Assembly (NCBI GenBank): GCA_965276685.1
Contig: OZ255623.1
Coordinates: 1,935,642 to 1,999,641, forward strand
DNA from: Acidocella sp.
GTDB taxonomy: Bacteria; Pseudomonadota; Alphaproteobacteria; Acetobacterales; Acetobacteraceae
Reading direction: 5' to 3'
DNA length: 64,000 bases
The notes under the pieces are model-generated. The model saw only the letters and a program-made list of their open reading frames with translations. It searched no databases and was not told the origin of the DNA. A program made the position numbers and the translations under genes. Below are positions 19,248 through 32,340 of this stretch, piece by piece (the first letter of the stretch is position 1; the number at the start of each line of letters is the position of its first letter).

Positions 19248-20933
19248 TTAAAAAGTACGTTCGACGTTGAATGCGACGAAGTCACGGTCCGCGAATGGGT
19301 CGCGCTGCGGCGGCGCAATATAACGAGTATAGCTGATCCCGCCGGTCCATTTATTCAAATAGATGCCCGAAACGCCGATCGTCAGATCGCCACCACGGTC
19401 GATGCCCGTCCCGTTGAACGCACCCGAATCCGGCGACTTGCCCATGAAATTCCAACCAAGGCCGACATTTGGACTAAGATCCAGACCGGGAATTACTTCA
19501 TAATACGTTGCTGATGCGACACCACGCAGCCCAAATGCCATATGCTGAGCTGCTGCTGTATTGAAATTTTCCTTGTTCTTGATGATCGCAAACAGGTTTT
19601 CGCCAGCAACTTCGCCCAGCACCGCTGACGAATCCCATAGGTCCGGTATTTTTGGTCCAAGATAGATTTCCGAAGCCTGATAATGCGCGACATCGCCAAT
19701 GGCATAAAGCGCATTATGTTCGTTGTTGCCGGCATTTTGGCCAGGTGCCACCTGAACCGTGCTAGTAAGATCCTCATTAGCACGCACGGAAGCTTCGCCC
19801 GCGAAATTGAAGGGCCCGACAGTTGTGCTTGCCGAGGCGCCGTAGATTTGGATGCCATTCGCGTACACCAGTTGATATGTGCCAAGGCTAAGCGCAGTGG
19901 GGGAGCCTGCCGCAGTGCCAGGCACAACCTTGGGGGCACCAGCGCTGAGTTCAACATAAGTTTCCGGCTCGGTATCATTGTATTGCAGGGCGTAAGCTCC
20001 GAAATCCCAGTTCGAACCGGGCGGATCGTAATGCACGGCAGCACCGAATTGGCCCGTATCCGAGCCGCTGATGTCATTCGCACGATATAGATACGCAGCG
20101 GCGCCTGGGCTCGACGGGCTCATATAGGGCACGATCGGCGCCAAATAAATGCGCTGACCCCCTTCGTCCAAAAGATCGGCCGGAGACAAGAAGCTTCCCG
20201 CCGGGATAAAATTGAATTTATCCCATTCAAACTGATAATACGCAGTCATCAATATCGATGGAGTAATCTGCACGGAAACGTCCACCTGCCCTACGGGCAG
20301 AAATATGTCTTTCGCCTGGGTATTTGGTACGCTCGCGCCACGCTCGGCATCGATCGGCGCATTCCCATAGGAAATTCCATTACCCGCAAAAAACAGGCTT
20401 TCTCCAAACAGATTTACAAGTCGGCCAACGCGCACCGAGACGGGAATTCCTGCAATCGTGGACGCGCCGTAGATATAAAGATTACGAAGTTCGATGTTAC
20501 GTCCGGCCTGAGTCTCCGTCGCGGTCGTAAATTTATCCGCCGGCTGTGACGCCGCGTTGTAGGTGGCGCCACTCGTATTTTGTGTCTTTTGGTTATAAAC
20601 TGTATCGTAAAAACTATCGACCGTCGCGTCGAAGCCGTAGCCTTGGTCGCTAATGTCGAACTTGCTGAGCAGATCGACACGGTTGGATACGATACCGGCG
20701 CGTAAATTGTCATCACCGTCATTCGTGTTTTGTGCCGCCCCGGTCTGCCCACCAAGATAAGAGCTGACTGGCGCGGTTCGCTCCAACACCGAATACTGTA
20801 ATGTATTGTCGAAGCGAACGTCCACGCCATTATCAAATTGGTAATCGAACGCATGAGCCGCTTGGCCCGCGCAAAGCAACGCCGCGCAGGCAACACCCGA
20901 CATCAACATAAAACGGCTGGTTCTTAGACTCAT
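19248..20933 (-). CDS. DUF1302 family outer-membrane beta-barrel protein
   Basis: Signal peptide, RFDNTLQY, NTNDGDDN, C-terminal DRDFVAFNVERTF; canonical position upstream of DUF1329. Confidence 0.88.
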   Translation of the reverse strand: MSLRTSRFMLMSGVACAALLCAGQAAHAFDYQFDNGVDVRFDNTLQYSVLERTAPVSSYLGGQTGAAQNTNDGDDNLRAGIVSNRVDLLSKFDISDQGYGFDATVDSFYDTVYNQKTQNTSGATYNAASQPADKFTTATETQAGRNIELRNLYIYGASTIAGIPVSVRVGRLVNLFGESLFFAGNGISYGNAPIDAERGASVPNTQAKDIFLPVGQVDVSVQITPSILMTAYYQFEWDKFNFIPAGSFLSPADLLDEGGQRIYLAPIVPYMSPSSPGAAAYLYRANDISGSDTGQFGAAVHYDPPGSNWDFGAYALQYNDTEPETYVELSAGAPKVVPGTAAGSPTALSLGTYQLVYANGIQIYGASASTTVGPFNFAGEASVRANEDLTSTVQVAPGQNAGNNEHNALYAIGDVAHYQASEIYLGPKIPDLWDSSAVLGEVAGENLFAIIKNKENFNTAAAQHMAFGLRGVASATYYEVIPGLDLSPNVGLGWNFMGKSPDSGAFNGTGIDRGGDLTIGVSGIYLNKWTGGISYTRYIAPPQRDPFADRDFVAFNVERTF

Positions 20934-21131
20934 TTCCACTGTTTCCTCCCTAGTTTTTTAATGCAAATCTCATAACGGCCCTATTTCGGCGTTTCACCCA
21001 AAACCGACCATTTCGATGCAATAATTCTACCTTGAACCACTCCCTGTTGGATCGATTCCAGGAGCATCATCATATTGCTCCTGAAATACGAAATTTTTGC
21101 TCGGCAAAACCTGACCCGACAGTCCGAGATC

Positions 21132-22358
21132 TCAGGATGCCGGTTTACTCGATGCCGGGCTATAGAAGGTTCCCGACGGTACGCGGATCACTTCCCTGCC
21201 CGGCTCGAATCCGAGATTGATGGGATCCTCGCCATTCATGACCTTCTTTATCTCGCGGCGCAGCACGCGGCGCTGTAGGCCAATACCCTTATCGGTCGTT
21301 ACCAGATGCTCCTGCGAATGGCTGGGGAAGCCGTTGGGGCCCTGTGTTGCCTGCGCTTCGTAGTCGTTAGGCGCGTCCTGATGCTCCTCGAAGGTCATTT
21401 CGGTCCAAGGTTTCATCTCGGCGAGCCCGGTGCCTTCAAACGGCCGTTTATAGTCGGGACCTACCCGCGAAAGATTGATGGCGCGCACGTGATTATCATC
21501 GACCGGAACGAAGATGGAGATATGTCCGTTGCTGCCCTCGACCACGCCGGGATTTACCGTAATGTTCGGCGCCACCCAGGTTAAAATACGCAGCATGTCC
21601 CGTCCGTCCGGCAAGGATCTGTGCGCTTTGTAGATAACTCCCACATCGACTTCCTCCCAATCCACCTTCGGCAAAATAGCCGCAGTGGTGGTGAAGTGCG
21701 TCGTCCCAAAATTTGAATGCAGGTAATACGCATGGAACGGGTCCATGTTATTGTCATTTATGTTCAGCCAGGAATAGGGCGCAACATCCGGGCCATTGAG
21801 ATCGGCGTGAGCCGAAAAGCTGTTGTCGAGCACGTTGTAACGCTCGTCCGGGGCGAGTTCTTCCATGTGCTCGAACACTGGGAGCAGCGGCATCTTGTCC
21901 GGCGGTCCCATGTAGGTCCAGACAGCGCCATACCGCTCGCGAACTGGATACCAGGGCTGCCGGGCGGACGCGCGGTTCATTCCGCCTTTTGGCTCGCAGG
22001 GCTGATCAAGGCAGTTACCTTCGACATCGAATTTCCAGCCATGGTAACAGCATCGAATCCCGTCATTCTCTACATGGCCGTAGATCAGAGAGGTGCCGCG
22101 GTGCATGCAATGTGGATATAGGAGACCAGGTCGGCCTTCCTTGTCGCGAAAGAGGATGAGATCTTCGCCCAAAATTCGAATTTGTTGCGGCCGCTCCGTG
22201 ACATTGTGCGAGGCGCGGACCGGTTGCCAGTATCGCCGCATAAACTCTCCGCAAGGCGTGCCAGGCCCGACTTCGATAAGCAAGTTCTCCCAGGTGGACT
22301 GAGGACGACCATAGGCTGTTCCCTCTAGCGGCCGCGCAGCGTAAGTCGTGTCGTTCAT
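21132..22358 (-). CDS. Rieske oxygenase alpha subunit, phthalate 4,5-dioxygenase/LigXa family
   Basis: GPGTPCGEFMRRYWQPV, CMHRG...CCYHGWKFD, DNNMDPFHAYYLH, EHLVTTDKGI. Confidence 0.88.
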   Translation of the reverse strand: MNDTTYAARPLEGTAYGRPQSTWENLLIEVGPGTPCGEFMRRYWQPVRASHNVTERPQQIRILGEDLILFRDKEGRPGLLYPHCMHRGTSLIYGHVENDGIRCCYHGWKFDVEGNCLDQPCEPKGGMNRASARQPWYPVRERYGAVWTYMGPPDKMPLLPVFEHMEELAPDERYNVLDNSFSAHADLNGPDVAPYSWLNINDNNMDPFHAYYLHSNFGTTHFTTTAAILPKVDWEEVDVGVIYKAHRSLPDGRDMLRILTWVAPNITVNPGVVEGSNGHISIFVPVDDNHVRAINLSRVGPDYKRPFEGTGLAEMKPWTEMTFEEHQDAPNDYEAQATQGPNGFPSHSQEHLVTTDKGIGLQRRVLRREIKKVMNGEDPINLGFEPGREVIRVPSGTFYSPASSKPAS

Positions 22359-22409
22359 AATAACTGCCTTTCAAGTATGTATCCACGTTATTAACGTCGT
22401 CGTTTACAA

Positions 22410-22460
22410 GCCGCTAATGCCTTTATTGCTGATCTAATGCAGGAACCTTATAGGTTGGGC
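22410..22460. promoter_or_regulatory. Regulatory cassette, copy 1 (upstream of the 21132-22358 oxygenase)
   Basis: GCCGCTAATGCCTTTATTGCTGATCTAATGCAGGAACCTTATAGGTTGG, near-identical to 23618-23669. Confidence 0.75.
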
Positions 22461-22488
22461 TGCAGCGCTTGCGTTAAGCTGGAATGAG

Positions 22489-23526
22489 CTATTCGACGGA
22501 ATCAGCCGTGGCGTCTTTCGTAATTAGCTTAGTGAGCACGCGCCTGGCGAGGACGCCGGCCGTGTCGCTTTGAAGGAGAATAGGTTTCAAACTCCAGAAA
22601 TCCGTATCTCCCATCATCGCCTGCTGGGCCTCGATCATTGGCTTGTCTTCGTTTCCGAACGCCCTCTCAACAACGCTCAGCAGCCGCTTGTCGAGCGCGG
22701 GTTCGTCAATCCTGAATGACCGAGTGCCTGCCCAGAAGTAGTGCGTTGACCGGTCGGTTTCGGGTGTCATGAAGTGAAGCGTGCGAATTTCGCGTGCTTT
22801 TTCGCGGGGCGTTCCCACTGGGGTCAACCCGAAGATATGGATCATCAGCCCTGGAGGATCCCAAATTACGTCGCTCCAGCCGTCGACAGGTTCGTTAATT
22901 TCGAAAAGCTCGCTAAACATTGGGCTGGGACGCTCCTGGCGCCACGAACGCTCATAGTAAACGCGCGTATCCTCCTGGCGAGCGCGCGGTTTGATTGCGG
23001 CGCTTGCCTCGTCGGCAGCGAACGTCGCGCGATGGACAAAAGCGACATGGGAAAGATCGAGAATATTGTCCGACATCAGCTCATAATTGGCTTGCACATG
23101 CACGTATGAAGCCATGTGGGCATATCCTGATTCCGGCCGGAGGAAGAACAGGTCGGGCAGCGTCGAGGCGTCGGCTAAGGCTGGATCACCCATCCAGACC
23201 CAAAGGCCGCCGTAAATCTCGATCAGTGGATATTTTTTCAGCCTGGCAGCGGGCGGAGTCGCACCGTCTGCCTGCGGATTAAACACGCATTTCCCTTGCC
23301 CGTCGAATTGGAGCCCGTGGTAGGGGCATTGAATATTATCTTCCCGCACCTCGCCCAAATGCAGTGGCGCAAACCGGTGAGGACAGCGATCGGATAACGC
23401 GACGGCGGTTCCATCGCTTGTCCTATATATCAGGACCTGCTCGTTCAGGATGATGCGCGCGAATGGGGTGGCCTTGATCTCGTCTGACCAAGCCGCCAGG
23501 TACCAGCAGTTTTTAAGGAAGGCCAT
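22489..23526 (-). CDS. Rieske O-/N-demethylase-type oxygenase (VanA/DdmC/TsaM-like)
   Basis: MAFLKNCWY, CPHRFAPL, CPYHGLQFD, DNILDLSHVAFVH, HFMTPET..STHYF, EDKPMIEAQQ. Confidence 0.9.
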   Translation of the reverse strand: MAFLKNCWYLAAWSDEIKATPFARIILNEQVLIYRTSDGTAVALSDRCPHRFAPLHLGEVREDNIQCPYHGLQFDGQGKCVFNPQADGATPPAARLKKYPLIEIYGGLWVWMGDPALADASTLPDLFFLRPESGYAHMASYVHVQANYELMSDNILDLSHVAFVHRATFAADEASAAIKPRARQEDTRVYYERSWRQERPSPMFSELFEINEPVDGWSDVIWDPPGLMIHIFGLTPVGTPREKAREIRTLHFMTPETDRSTHYFWAGTRSFRIDEPALDKRLLSVVERAFGNEDKPMIEAQQAMMGDTDFWSLKPILLQSDTAGVLARRVLTKLITKDATADSVE

Positions 23527-23617
23527 AAGTAACTCCGTCATGTGCCAAGTCAATTCTTGAGCGATTCGTCCCGGTTCTCGCTGTGTCCAAGTCACGCGTT
23601 AACGCCGCAGTCCTCAG

Positions 23618-23669
23618 GCCGCTAATGCCCTTATTGCCGATCTAATGCAGAAAGCTTATAAGCTTGGAC
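23618..23669. promoter_or_regulatory. Regulatory cassette, copy 2 (between VanA-like gene and divergent LysR)
   Basis: Two CTAATGC direct repeats 20 bp apart plus perfect palindrome AAGCTTATAAGCTT (23652-23665). Confidence 0.75.
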
Positions 23670-23672
23670 GTT

Positions 23673-24605
23673 ATGAAGCTGAGCCAAATCAGAAGTTTCT
23701 TGGCTGTCGCTGAACGGGGGAGCGTGCAGGGCGCGGCGCGTCAGCTGGGCATCACCCAGCCGGCGGTCACTCGGAGCATCCACGACCTGGAACGGGCATT
23801 AGGCGCACCGCTTTTCCAACGCTCCGGCACCGGTATGACGTTGACCAGCATCGGAAAAGCGGTTCTTCGGCGGGCTGGCGGTGTCCAGGCAGAACTCGAC
23901 CGAATTCAGGACGAAGTCGCGCAATTGGCAGGCCGCCAATCCGGCACGGTGGCCGTCGGCCTGTCCTTTGTGGCGCATGCGGGTTTGCTCCCGAAGGTCA
24001 TAGGCCCTTTTCGGCGGCAGGCTCCGGAGGTTCAGCTGGAAATCAGAGAAGCGTTGTTTAGCCAGGTTGAAGCCGATATTCATGCAGGCAGCATTGATTT
24101 TTACGTAGGCCCTATGCTGCCGGAACAGAGCTTCCACGGCGTCCTGTCGATAGAGCCGTTGTTTAAAAACTGGCGTCAGATATACTGTCGCCGGGGCCAC
24201 CCCTTGGCGAATGCGGGCTCGCTTTCGGATTTGGAAGGTGCAGATTGGATTACGACTTCCAGTGCATCAAACTCCACCAATGAGTTAGCGCTTTTGTTCA
24301 AGCACTACGGTCTTCCGCCACCCCACGTCGCAGTGAAGGCGCAATCGATGTTGAGCATGACGTTTATCGTGGGATCGTCGGATTTGCTGGCTGCCATACC
24401 GCGGCAATTTCAACAATTGCTTAGTATCAGAAGCACATTGGCACGCATACCAGTATCAGAACAGCTTTATTCTACGACGATCTGCATCGTTAAGCGAGCC
24501 TCTGTGCCCCTCACCCCGGCAGCAGAAAAGTTGAGTGATATGTTCCGAAGGGCCGCGATTGCGCATGCAGGCACTTTACCTGACACACCATCACTCACCC
24601 GATAG
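23673..24605 (+). CDS. LysR-family regulator (TsaR/AbgR-like)
   Basis: MKLSQIRSFLAVAERGSVQGAARQLGITQPAVT HTH; PLTPAAE tail. Confidence 0.92.
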   Translation: MKLSQIRSFLAVAERGSVQGAARQLGITQPAVTRSIHDLERALGAPLFQRSGTGMTLTSIGKAVLRRAGGVQAELDRIQDEVAQLAGRQSGTVAVGLSFVAHAGLLPKVIGPFRRQAPEVQLEIREALFSQVEADIHAGSIDFYVGPMLPEQSFHGVLSIEPLFKNWRQIYCRRGHPLANAGSLSDLEGADWITTSSASNSTNELALLFKHYGLPPPHVAVKAQSMLSMTFIVGSSDLLAAIPRQFQQLLSIRSTLARIPVSEQLYSTTICIVKRASVPLTPAAEKLSDMFRRAAIAHAGTLPDTPSLTR

Positions 24606-24844
24606 TTATGCGGGGCCTGGATTTGGGGCAGCATAGACCCCGAGCGAAAAATCGGTGTGCTGAAATCAGGCGCACAGAACCCGCAAAGCCAAACCGATGA
24701 CGTCAATGATCTCGCCCCTTGGCATAGAACCGTGGCGTCGCTTAGATGCGCGCATCGCAGCATGCTGCGCGAACGTGGCAGATGTTCTCCTCAATTTTAA
24801 TGTTTTTACGAAAATTGAGATTTTTTACCGACATCGTTTGTCTA

Positions 24845-25230
24845 GGCTCAGGACCCATTAATATCTTGTGTCGGCGCGGCGAGGTGTGATTCTGGGATGG
24901 CAAAAGGGAGTTTCGCCATGTCTGATTTATTCTTGCTGAATGAGCGTCTATTGGCTCGCATTGCACCGCATTTCCCGCTGTCGCATGGCGTGAAGCGGGT
25001 TGATGACCGGCGTGTGATCAGCGGGATCATCTACGTGATCCGAGACGGGCTGCAATGGAAAGACGCGCCAAAAGCCTATGGCCCGCACAAGACCTTATAC
25101 AATCGCTTCGTCCGTTGGAGTCTGCTTGGTGTGTTCGACCGCATCTTCACGGCCCTAGCCAAACGGGGCGGGAAGCCTGAGCAGACCATGATCAACGCGA
25201 CGCATCTGAAGGCACACCGCACGGCAGCCA
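24845..25230 (+). mobile_element. IS5-family (IS427-group) element, left end and truncated transposase
   Basis: CTAG followed by GGCTCAGGACCCATTAAT end motif; RVDDRRVISGIIYVIR.GLQWKDAP..YGPHKTLYNRFVRWS. Similarity ends at HRTAAS. Confidence 0.85.
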
Positions 25231-25355
25231 GTTACCGTCAAAACAATCTGGTTGCCACCGATAGCTACCGATAGAAACCGCGAGTTTTCACTTTTTGTTT
25301 CAATTGTTTAAGGGGTAATTTCGATAGTCCAAGATACCCTTCGAAAGACGTTATT

Positions 25356-26906
25356 TCATTCCCACTCGATCGTTGCCGGGGGCTTGCTCGTAATGTCATA
25401 GGTCACGCGGTTTATCCCCCGCACCTCGTTCACAATCCTGTTGGAAACTCGGCTGAGAAATACCATGTCGAACGGATACACATCCGCCGTCATGCCGTCC
25501 GTGCTCGTCACCGCACGCAGCGCGCAAACCTGGTCATAAGTCCGCCCATCACCCATCACGCCGACGGATTTCACCGGCAGTAGCACGGCGAATGCCTGCC
25601 AGATTGCATCGTACAATCCCGCAGCGCGGATCTCCTCCAGATAAATCGCATCCGCCTTCTGCAAAATCTCCACCGCCTCGCGCGTCACCGCGCCCAGAAT
25701 GCGGATGGCCAACCCCGGCCCGGGGAAAGGATGGCGGCCTACAATCGTCTCCGGCAGGCCAAGCTCGCGGCCCAGTTCGCGCACCTCGTCTTTGAAAAGT
25801 TCCCGCAACGGCTCTACAAGCTTTAGCTTCATAAACTCCGGCAATCCGCCGACATTATGGTGCGACTTGATCGTGACACTTGGGCCGCCCAGCGCACTTA
25901 CCGATTCAATCACATCCGGGTATAGCGTGCCCTGCGCGAGAAAATCCGCACCGCCAAGCTTGGTTGCTTCCTCGTCGAACACCTCGATAAACAGCCGCCC
26001 GATAATTTTGCGCTTCTGCTCCGGGTCCGTCACCCCCGCCAACTCGCCCAGAAACAAATCCGACGCATTGCGATGGATGAGTTTGATGTTGAACTGGTCA
26101 CGGAACACCCGCACGACCTCTTCCGCCTCGCCGCCGCGCAGCACCCCATGGTCCACGAAAATACACGTTAGCTGGTCGCCGATCGCCTCATGGATCAACG
26201 CCGCCGCAACGGAAGAGTCCACCCCGCCCGAAAGCCCGCAAATAACTTTGCCGGAACCAACCTGGGCACGGATTTTAGCAATCTCCGCCTGGCGAAACCC
26301 GGCCATCGTCCAATCGCCCGATAACCCGCAAACCTTATGCGTGAAGTTTCGCAGCAACTGCGCGCCATGCGGCGTATGCACCACCTCCGGGTGGAACATC
26401 GCACCGTAAAACCGCCGCGCGTCGTCGGCAATCAGCGCGAATGGCGCGCCTTCGCTAACCGCAACGGTGCGAAACCCCGGCGGCGGCGCTGAAATGCGGT
26501 CGCCATGGCTCATCCACACCTGCTCGCGCGCGCCCACACTCCAAATGCCATCGAACAGCGCGCAATCTTCCACCACTTGCACATAGGCACGGCCAAACTC
26601 CCGTATGTCCGCGCCCGCGACATCACCGCCGAGCTGCGCGCACATCACCATCTGGCCGTAGCATATGCCAAGCACCGGCACCCCGGCCTGGAACACATAT
26701 TCCGGCGCGCGGGGGGAACCCGCATCCGCCACGCTGGCGGGGCCGCCCGAGAGGATAATCCCCATGGCGCCAAACCCGGCAATCCGCTCCGGCGCAGCAT
26801 TGTAGGGCAATATCTCGCAGTAAACGCCGCATTCCCGCACCCTTCGGGCGATAAGCTGCGTTACCTGGCTGCCAAAATCGAGGATCAGTATCTTTTCTTC
26901 ATGCAT
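25356..26906 (-). CDS. guaA: GMP synthase (glutamine-hydrolyzing)
   Basis: [40 protein letters not shown]. Confidence 0.98.
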   Translation of the reverse strand: MHEEKILILDFGSQVTQLIARRVRECGVYCEILPYNAAPERIAGFGAMGIILSGGPASVADAGSPRAPEYVFQAGVPVLGICYGQMVMCAQLGGDVAGADIREFGRAYVQVVEDCALFDGIWSVGAREQVWMSHGDRISAPPPGFRTVAVSEGAPFALIADDARRFYGAMFHPEVVHTPHGAQLLRNFTHKVCGLSGDWTMAGFRQAEIAKIRAQVGSGKVICGLSGGVDSSVAAALIHEAIGDQLTCIFVDHGVLRGGEAEEVVRVFRDQFNIKLIHRNASDLFLGELAGVTDPEQKRKIIGRLFIEVFDEEATKLGGADFLAQGTLYPDVIESVSALGGPSVTIKSHHNVGGLPEFMKLKLVEPLRELFKDEVRELGRELGLPETIVGRHPFPGPGLAIRILGAVTREAVEILQKADAIYLEEIRAAGLYDAIWQAFAVLLPVKSVGVMGDGRTYDQVCALRAVTSTDGMTADVYPFDMVFLSRVSNRIVNEVRGINRVTYDITSKPPATIEWE

Positions 26907-26922
26907 AAGCGGGACTAGCCCA

Positions 26923-27452
26923 TCAGGCGTCCACATCCAACAGCGTTTCTATGGGGTCCCACGCATAAGCGGTCTGCGGAATGCTCTCCCCGCCCACATG
27001 CGTCATGCCAGTGGCAATCTGCTTGCCGCCCAGCCGCTTATAGAAAAATCCAGCGGGATTGGCGCGCAGCACCCAGGCATAGGCGGAGCGGCAGCCAAGC
27101 CCTGCGAGATGCTTGGCTGATGCCCGTAGCAACATCTCGCCCAGCCCCCGGTTTTGCCAATCGTCCAGCACGTAAAGCGTTTCCACCTCGCCGTCGCCCA
27201 GGCTCTCGCCCCGGTTGCGCCGTGCGGTCGAAAACCCCAAAATCGGCGGCCCGGGCGGCTGGCCTGAATTCGCCGCCACAAAAACCCCAGCCCCAGCGCG
27301 GATCGCGCGGTCGTATTGCGCGGTCAGCCGCGCGCTGGAAAGCTTGGCCAAAACATCGTCCGGCAGTACGCCGGGGTACGCGCTCCGCCAGGTCGCCACA
27401 TGCACGGCGGCGATACCAGAGGCATCCCCCGCCCGCGCGCGGCGAATCGCGA

Positions 27453-27456
<4 letters not shown>
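26923..27456 (-). CDS. GNAT family N-acetyltransferase
   Basis: [38 protein letters not shown]. Confidence 0.88.
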
Positions 27457-30262
<2,806 letters not shown>

Positions 30263-30296
30263 CTAACTGCCGCAACGCCACGGCGCAAGACCAACT

Positions 30297-30968
30297 CTAT
30301 TCCGGCCGGAATCCCGCCGCCACCACATACATCTCTTTGGAATCCTTGCGGCTCGCGGGCGGCTTCGCGTGCTTCACGGATTTAAACCGCAACTTCAAAA
30401 GGTTGAGCATGTCCCGCTCGGCACCGCCCTGGAACAGCTTGGCGACAAACACCCCGCCGGGGTTGAGTATCTCTATCGCAAACGCCAGCGCCGTCTCCGC
30501 CAGCGCCATAATCCGTATATGGTCCGTCGCCACATGCCCGGTCGTATTCGGCGCCATGTCGGAGAGCACGATATCGGCCTTGCCCCCGAGCATTTCCATC
30601 AGCCGCGTATCCATGCCCTCGGCCAGAAAATCGCCCTCGATAAACTCTGCACCCGCTACAGGGATGATCGGCAATAGATCGATCCCCACGACCTTCGAAG
30701 CCCCCCGCTGCAACGCCACCTGCGCCCACCCACCGGGTGCCGCGCCCAGATCCACAACCCGTGCTTCCTTGCCGATGAGGCCGTATTTCTCATCCAGCTC
30801 GATCAGCTTGAACGCGGCACGGGAGCGATACCCTTGCGCCTTCGCTGCCTGCACATAAGGGTCGTTCAGCTGGCGGGCGAGCCAAGCCTGGCTGGATGTG
30901 CTGTGCTTGCGCGCGTTTTTCAGCCGCACGGCTTCGCGGCGCGGCGGCACAGACGGGTTTTCGGTCAT
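30297..30968 (-). CDS. rlmE: 23S rRNA Um2552 methyltransferase RlmE/FtsJ
   Basis: YRSRAAFKL, DLGAAPGGW, LSDMAPN, KPPASRKDSKE. Confidence 0.95.
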   Translation of the reverse strand: MTENPSVPPRREAVRLKNARKHSTSSQAWLARQLNDPYVQAAKAQGYRSRAAFKLIELDEKYGLIGKEARVVDLGAAPGGWAQVALQRGASKVVGIDLLPIIPVAGAEFIEGDFLAEGMDTRLMEMLGGKADIVLSDMAPNTTGHVATDHIRIMALAETALAFAIEILNPGGVFVAKLFQGGAERDMLNLLKLRFKSVKHAKPPASRKDSKEMYVVAAGFRPE

Positions 30969-31003
30969 TCCGGGAGTTTAGGGCCGCACCAAGAGAAAAT
31001 AAA

Positions 31004-32038
31004 CTACCGCGTCCCGCGCATCAGCCGCATCAACATCCCCTCGCGCAGGCCCCGGTCCGCCACCAGCAGCTCCGGCACCTGCCATAGCTCGTGGATCGCC
31101 GCGTAAATCGCGCAGCCAGGCAGCACGAAGTCCACACGGTCAGCGCCGATGCATGGGTGGCGGCTCAAGCCCTCCCGCCCCAGCGCGCGGGCTTCCGCCA
31201 ACGCGGCATCCACGGCGGGGCGGTCCAGGGAAAGCCCATCCACCAGCCCGCGCCGGTATCGGTCCAGCTTCAGCGAGACGCCCGCCAGCGTCGTCACCGT
31301 CCCGCTGGTGCCGATCATCAACACCCCGCCTTGGCGGATCTCCTGCCCAATCCGGTGCACCGCCTCGAATGGCCGCAGCATCGCCGCGATATCCGCCACC
31401 ACATCCGCGAACCCATCCTCGGTATAGCAGGCCTCAGCGCAACGCTCCGAGAGCGTGACCACGCCCACAGGCAGCGACAGATACCCGATCAGCTCCGGCG
31501 CCGAACCATCGCAATTTACCCGGACCCAGGCAATCTCGGTCGAGCCGCCGCCAATATCGAACAGCAGCGCCCGCCGCCCCGCCTTGCAAATCAGCGAGGC
31601 GCAGCTCTCCACCGCCAGCTCCGCCTCCTCGCGCGGGTTGATGATCTCCAGCGGCAGACCTGTTTTTTCCCGCGCTAGAGTGACAAACTCCGCGCCGTTT
31701 TCCGCCTGGCGGCAGGCTTCCGTCGCAATCGCCCGCAGCCGCAACGGGCCGGTGCCGGTGTCCGCGGCCCAGCGCCGTGCCCGGTCAGCGCAAACGCTTA
31801 AGGAGGCAATCGCCCGCTCCATCGCCACCGCCGAGAGCCGCCCCGTCTCATAAAGCCCCTCCCCCAGCCGCACGACGCGCGAGTAGCTATCCAGCACATG
31901 AAAACCCCGGGCCGACGGCGTACCGACCAGCATCCGGCAGTTGTTCGTGCCAAGATCGATCCCGCCAAACACCGGACGCCGCGCGCCTCGACGCATTGTG
32001 GCGCCGTATCGGGGCTGAAAATAGGTCTGGCTGGCCAT
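31004..32038 (-). CDS. Ppx/GppA phosphatase family protein
   Basis: IDLGTNNCR, IATEACR, EEAEL, DIGGGSTE, DRGLREG. Confidence 0.92.
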   Translation of the reverse strand: MASQTYFQPRYGATMRRGARRPVFGGIDLGTNNCRMLVGTPSARGFHVLDSYSRVVRLGEGLYETGRLSAVAMERAIASLSVCADRARRWAADTGTGPLRLRAIATEACRQAENGAEFVTLAREKTGLPLEIINPREEAELAVESCASLICKAGRRALLFDIGGGSTEIAWVRVNCDGSAPELIGYLSLPVGVVTLSERCAEACYTEDGFADVVADIAAMLRPFEAVHRIGQEIRQGGVLMIGTSGTVTTLAGVSLKLDRYRRGLVDGLSLDRPAVDAALAEARALGREGLSRHPCIGADRVDFVLPGCAIYAAIHELWQVPELLVADRGLREGMLMRLMRGTR

Positions 32039-32188
32039 GGATTTGTACTGTCGCGCTTTAATGCCCCGTTCGGCAAGCCGGAAACTACCTCAGCCCCCTG
32101 CCCGCGGGTTAAATTTGTGACGGTGCGATGGCAATCGCGATATTGCAGCCGCGCCCTCGCGGTGCTAACGGTGCTGCGCTGTTACCGT

Positions 32189-32259
32189 TGGGGGATAGTT
32201 TAGCGGTAGAACTCCTGGCTCTGACCCGGGCAGCCTTGGTTCGAATCCAGGTCCCCCAG
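32189..32259 (+). tRNA. tRNA-Gln (anticodon CTG); CCA not encoded
   Basis: TGGGGGA/TCCCCCA acceptor stem, D-arm, CTCTGAC anticodon loop, GGTTCGAATCC T-loop. Confidence 0.93.
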
Positions 32260-32277
32260 AATCCTTTTGCAATCCTC

Positions 32278-32340
32278 CTAGAGCGCGATGACATCAAACT
32301 AGAGCGCGATGACATCAAACTAGAGCGCGATGACATCAAA
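32278..32340. repeat. Three perfect tandem 21-bp repeats directly after tRNA-Gln
   Basis: CTAGAGCGCGATGACATCAAA x3; partial inverted copy TTTGATGTC at 32361-32369. Confidence 0.95.

Larger units (their letters stand above)
1..25370. mobile_element. Genomic island (decayed ICE/IME-like) anchored at the guaA 3' end; left boundary outside the window
   Basis: Catabolic cargo, IS and relaxase remnants, visibly more AT-rich than the neighbouring core genes, att-like repeats at 25257-25330, GAGTGGGA core in the guaA 3' end. Confidence 0.65.

Noticed and set aside
1527-22358. Complete sphingomonad DDVA (LigX-Z-Y-W) biphenyl pathway
   Set aside because: LigW-like and LigXa-family genes are present, but the ring-cleavage enzyme is VOC-type rather than LigZ-type and LigXc/Xd partners are not seen.
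24790-24819. Inverted repeat CTCAATTTT-N12-AAAATTGAG
   Set aside because: AT-rich, with no downstream gene or second copy to support a function.
32278-32340. Possible CRISPR array
   Set aside because: Repeats are directly adjacent with no spacers, and no cas genes are in the window.
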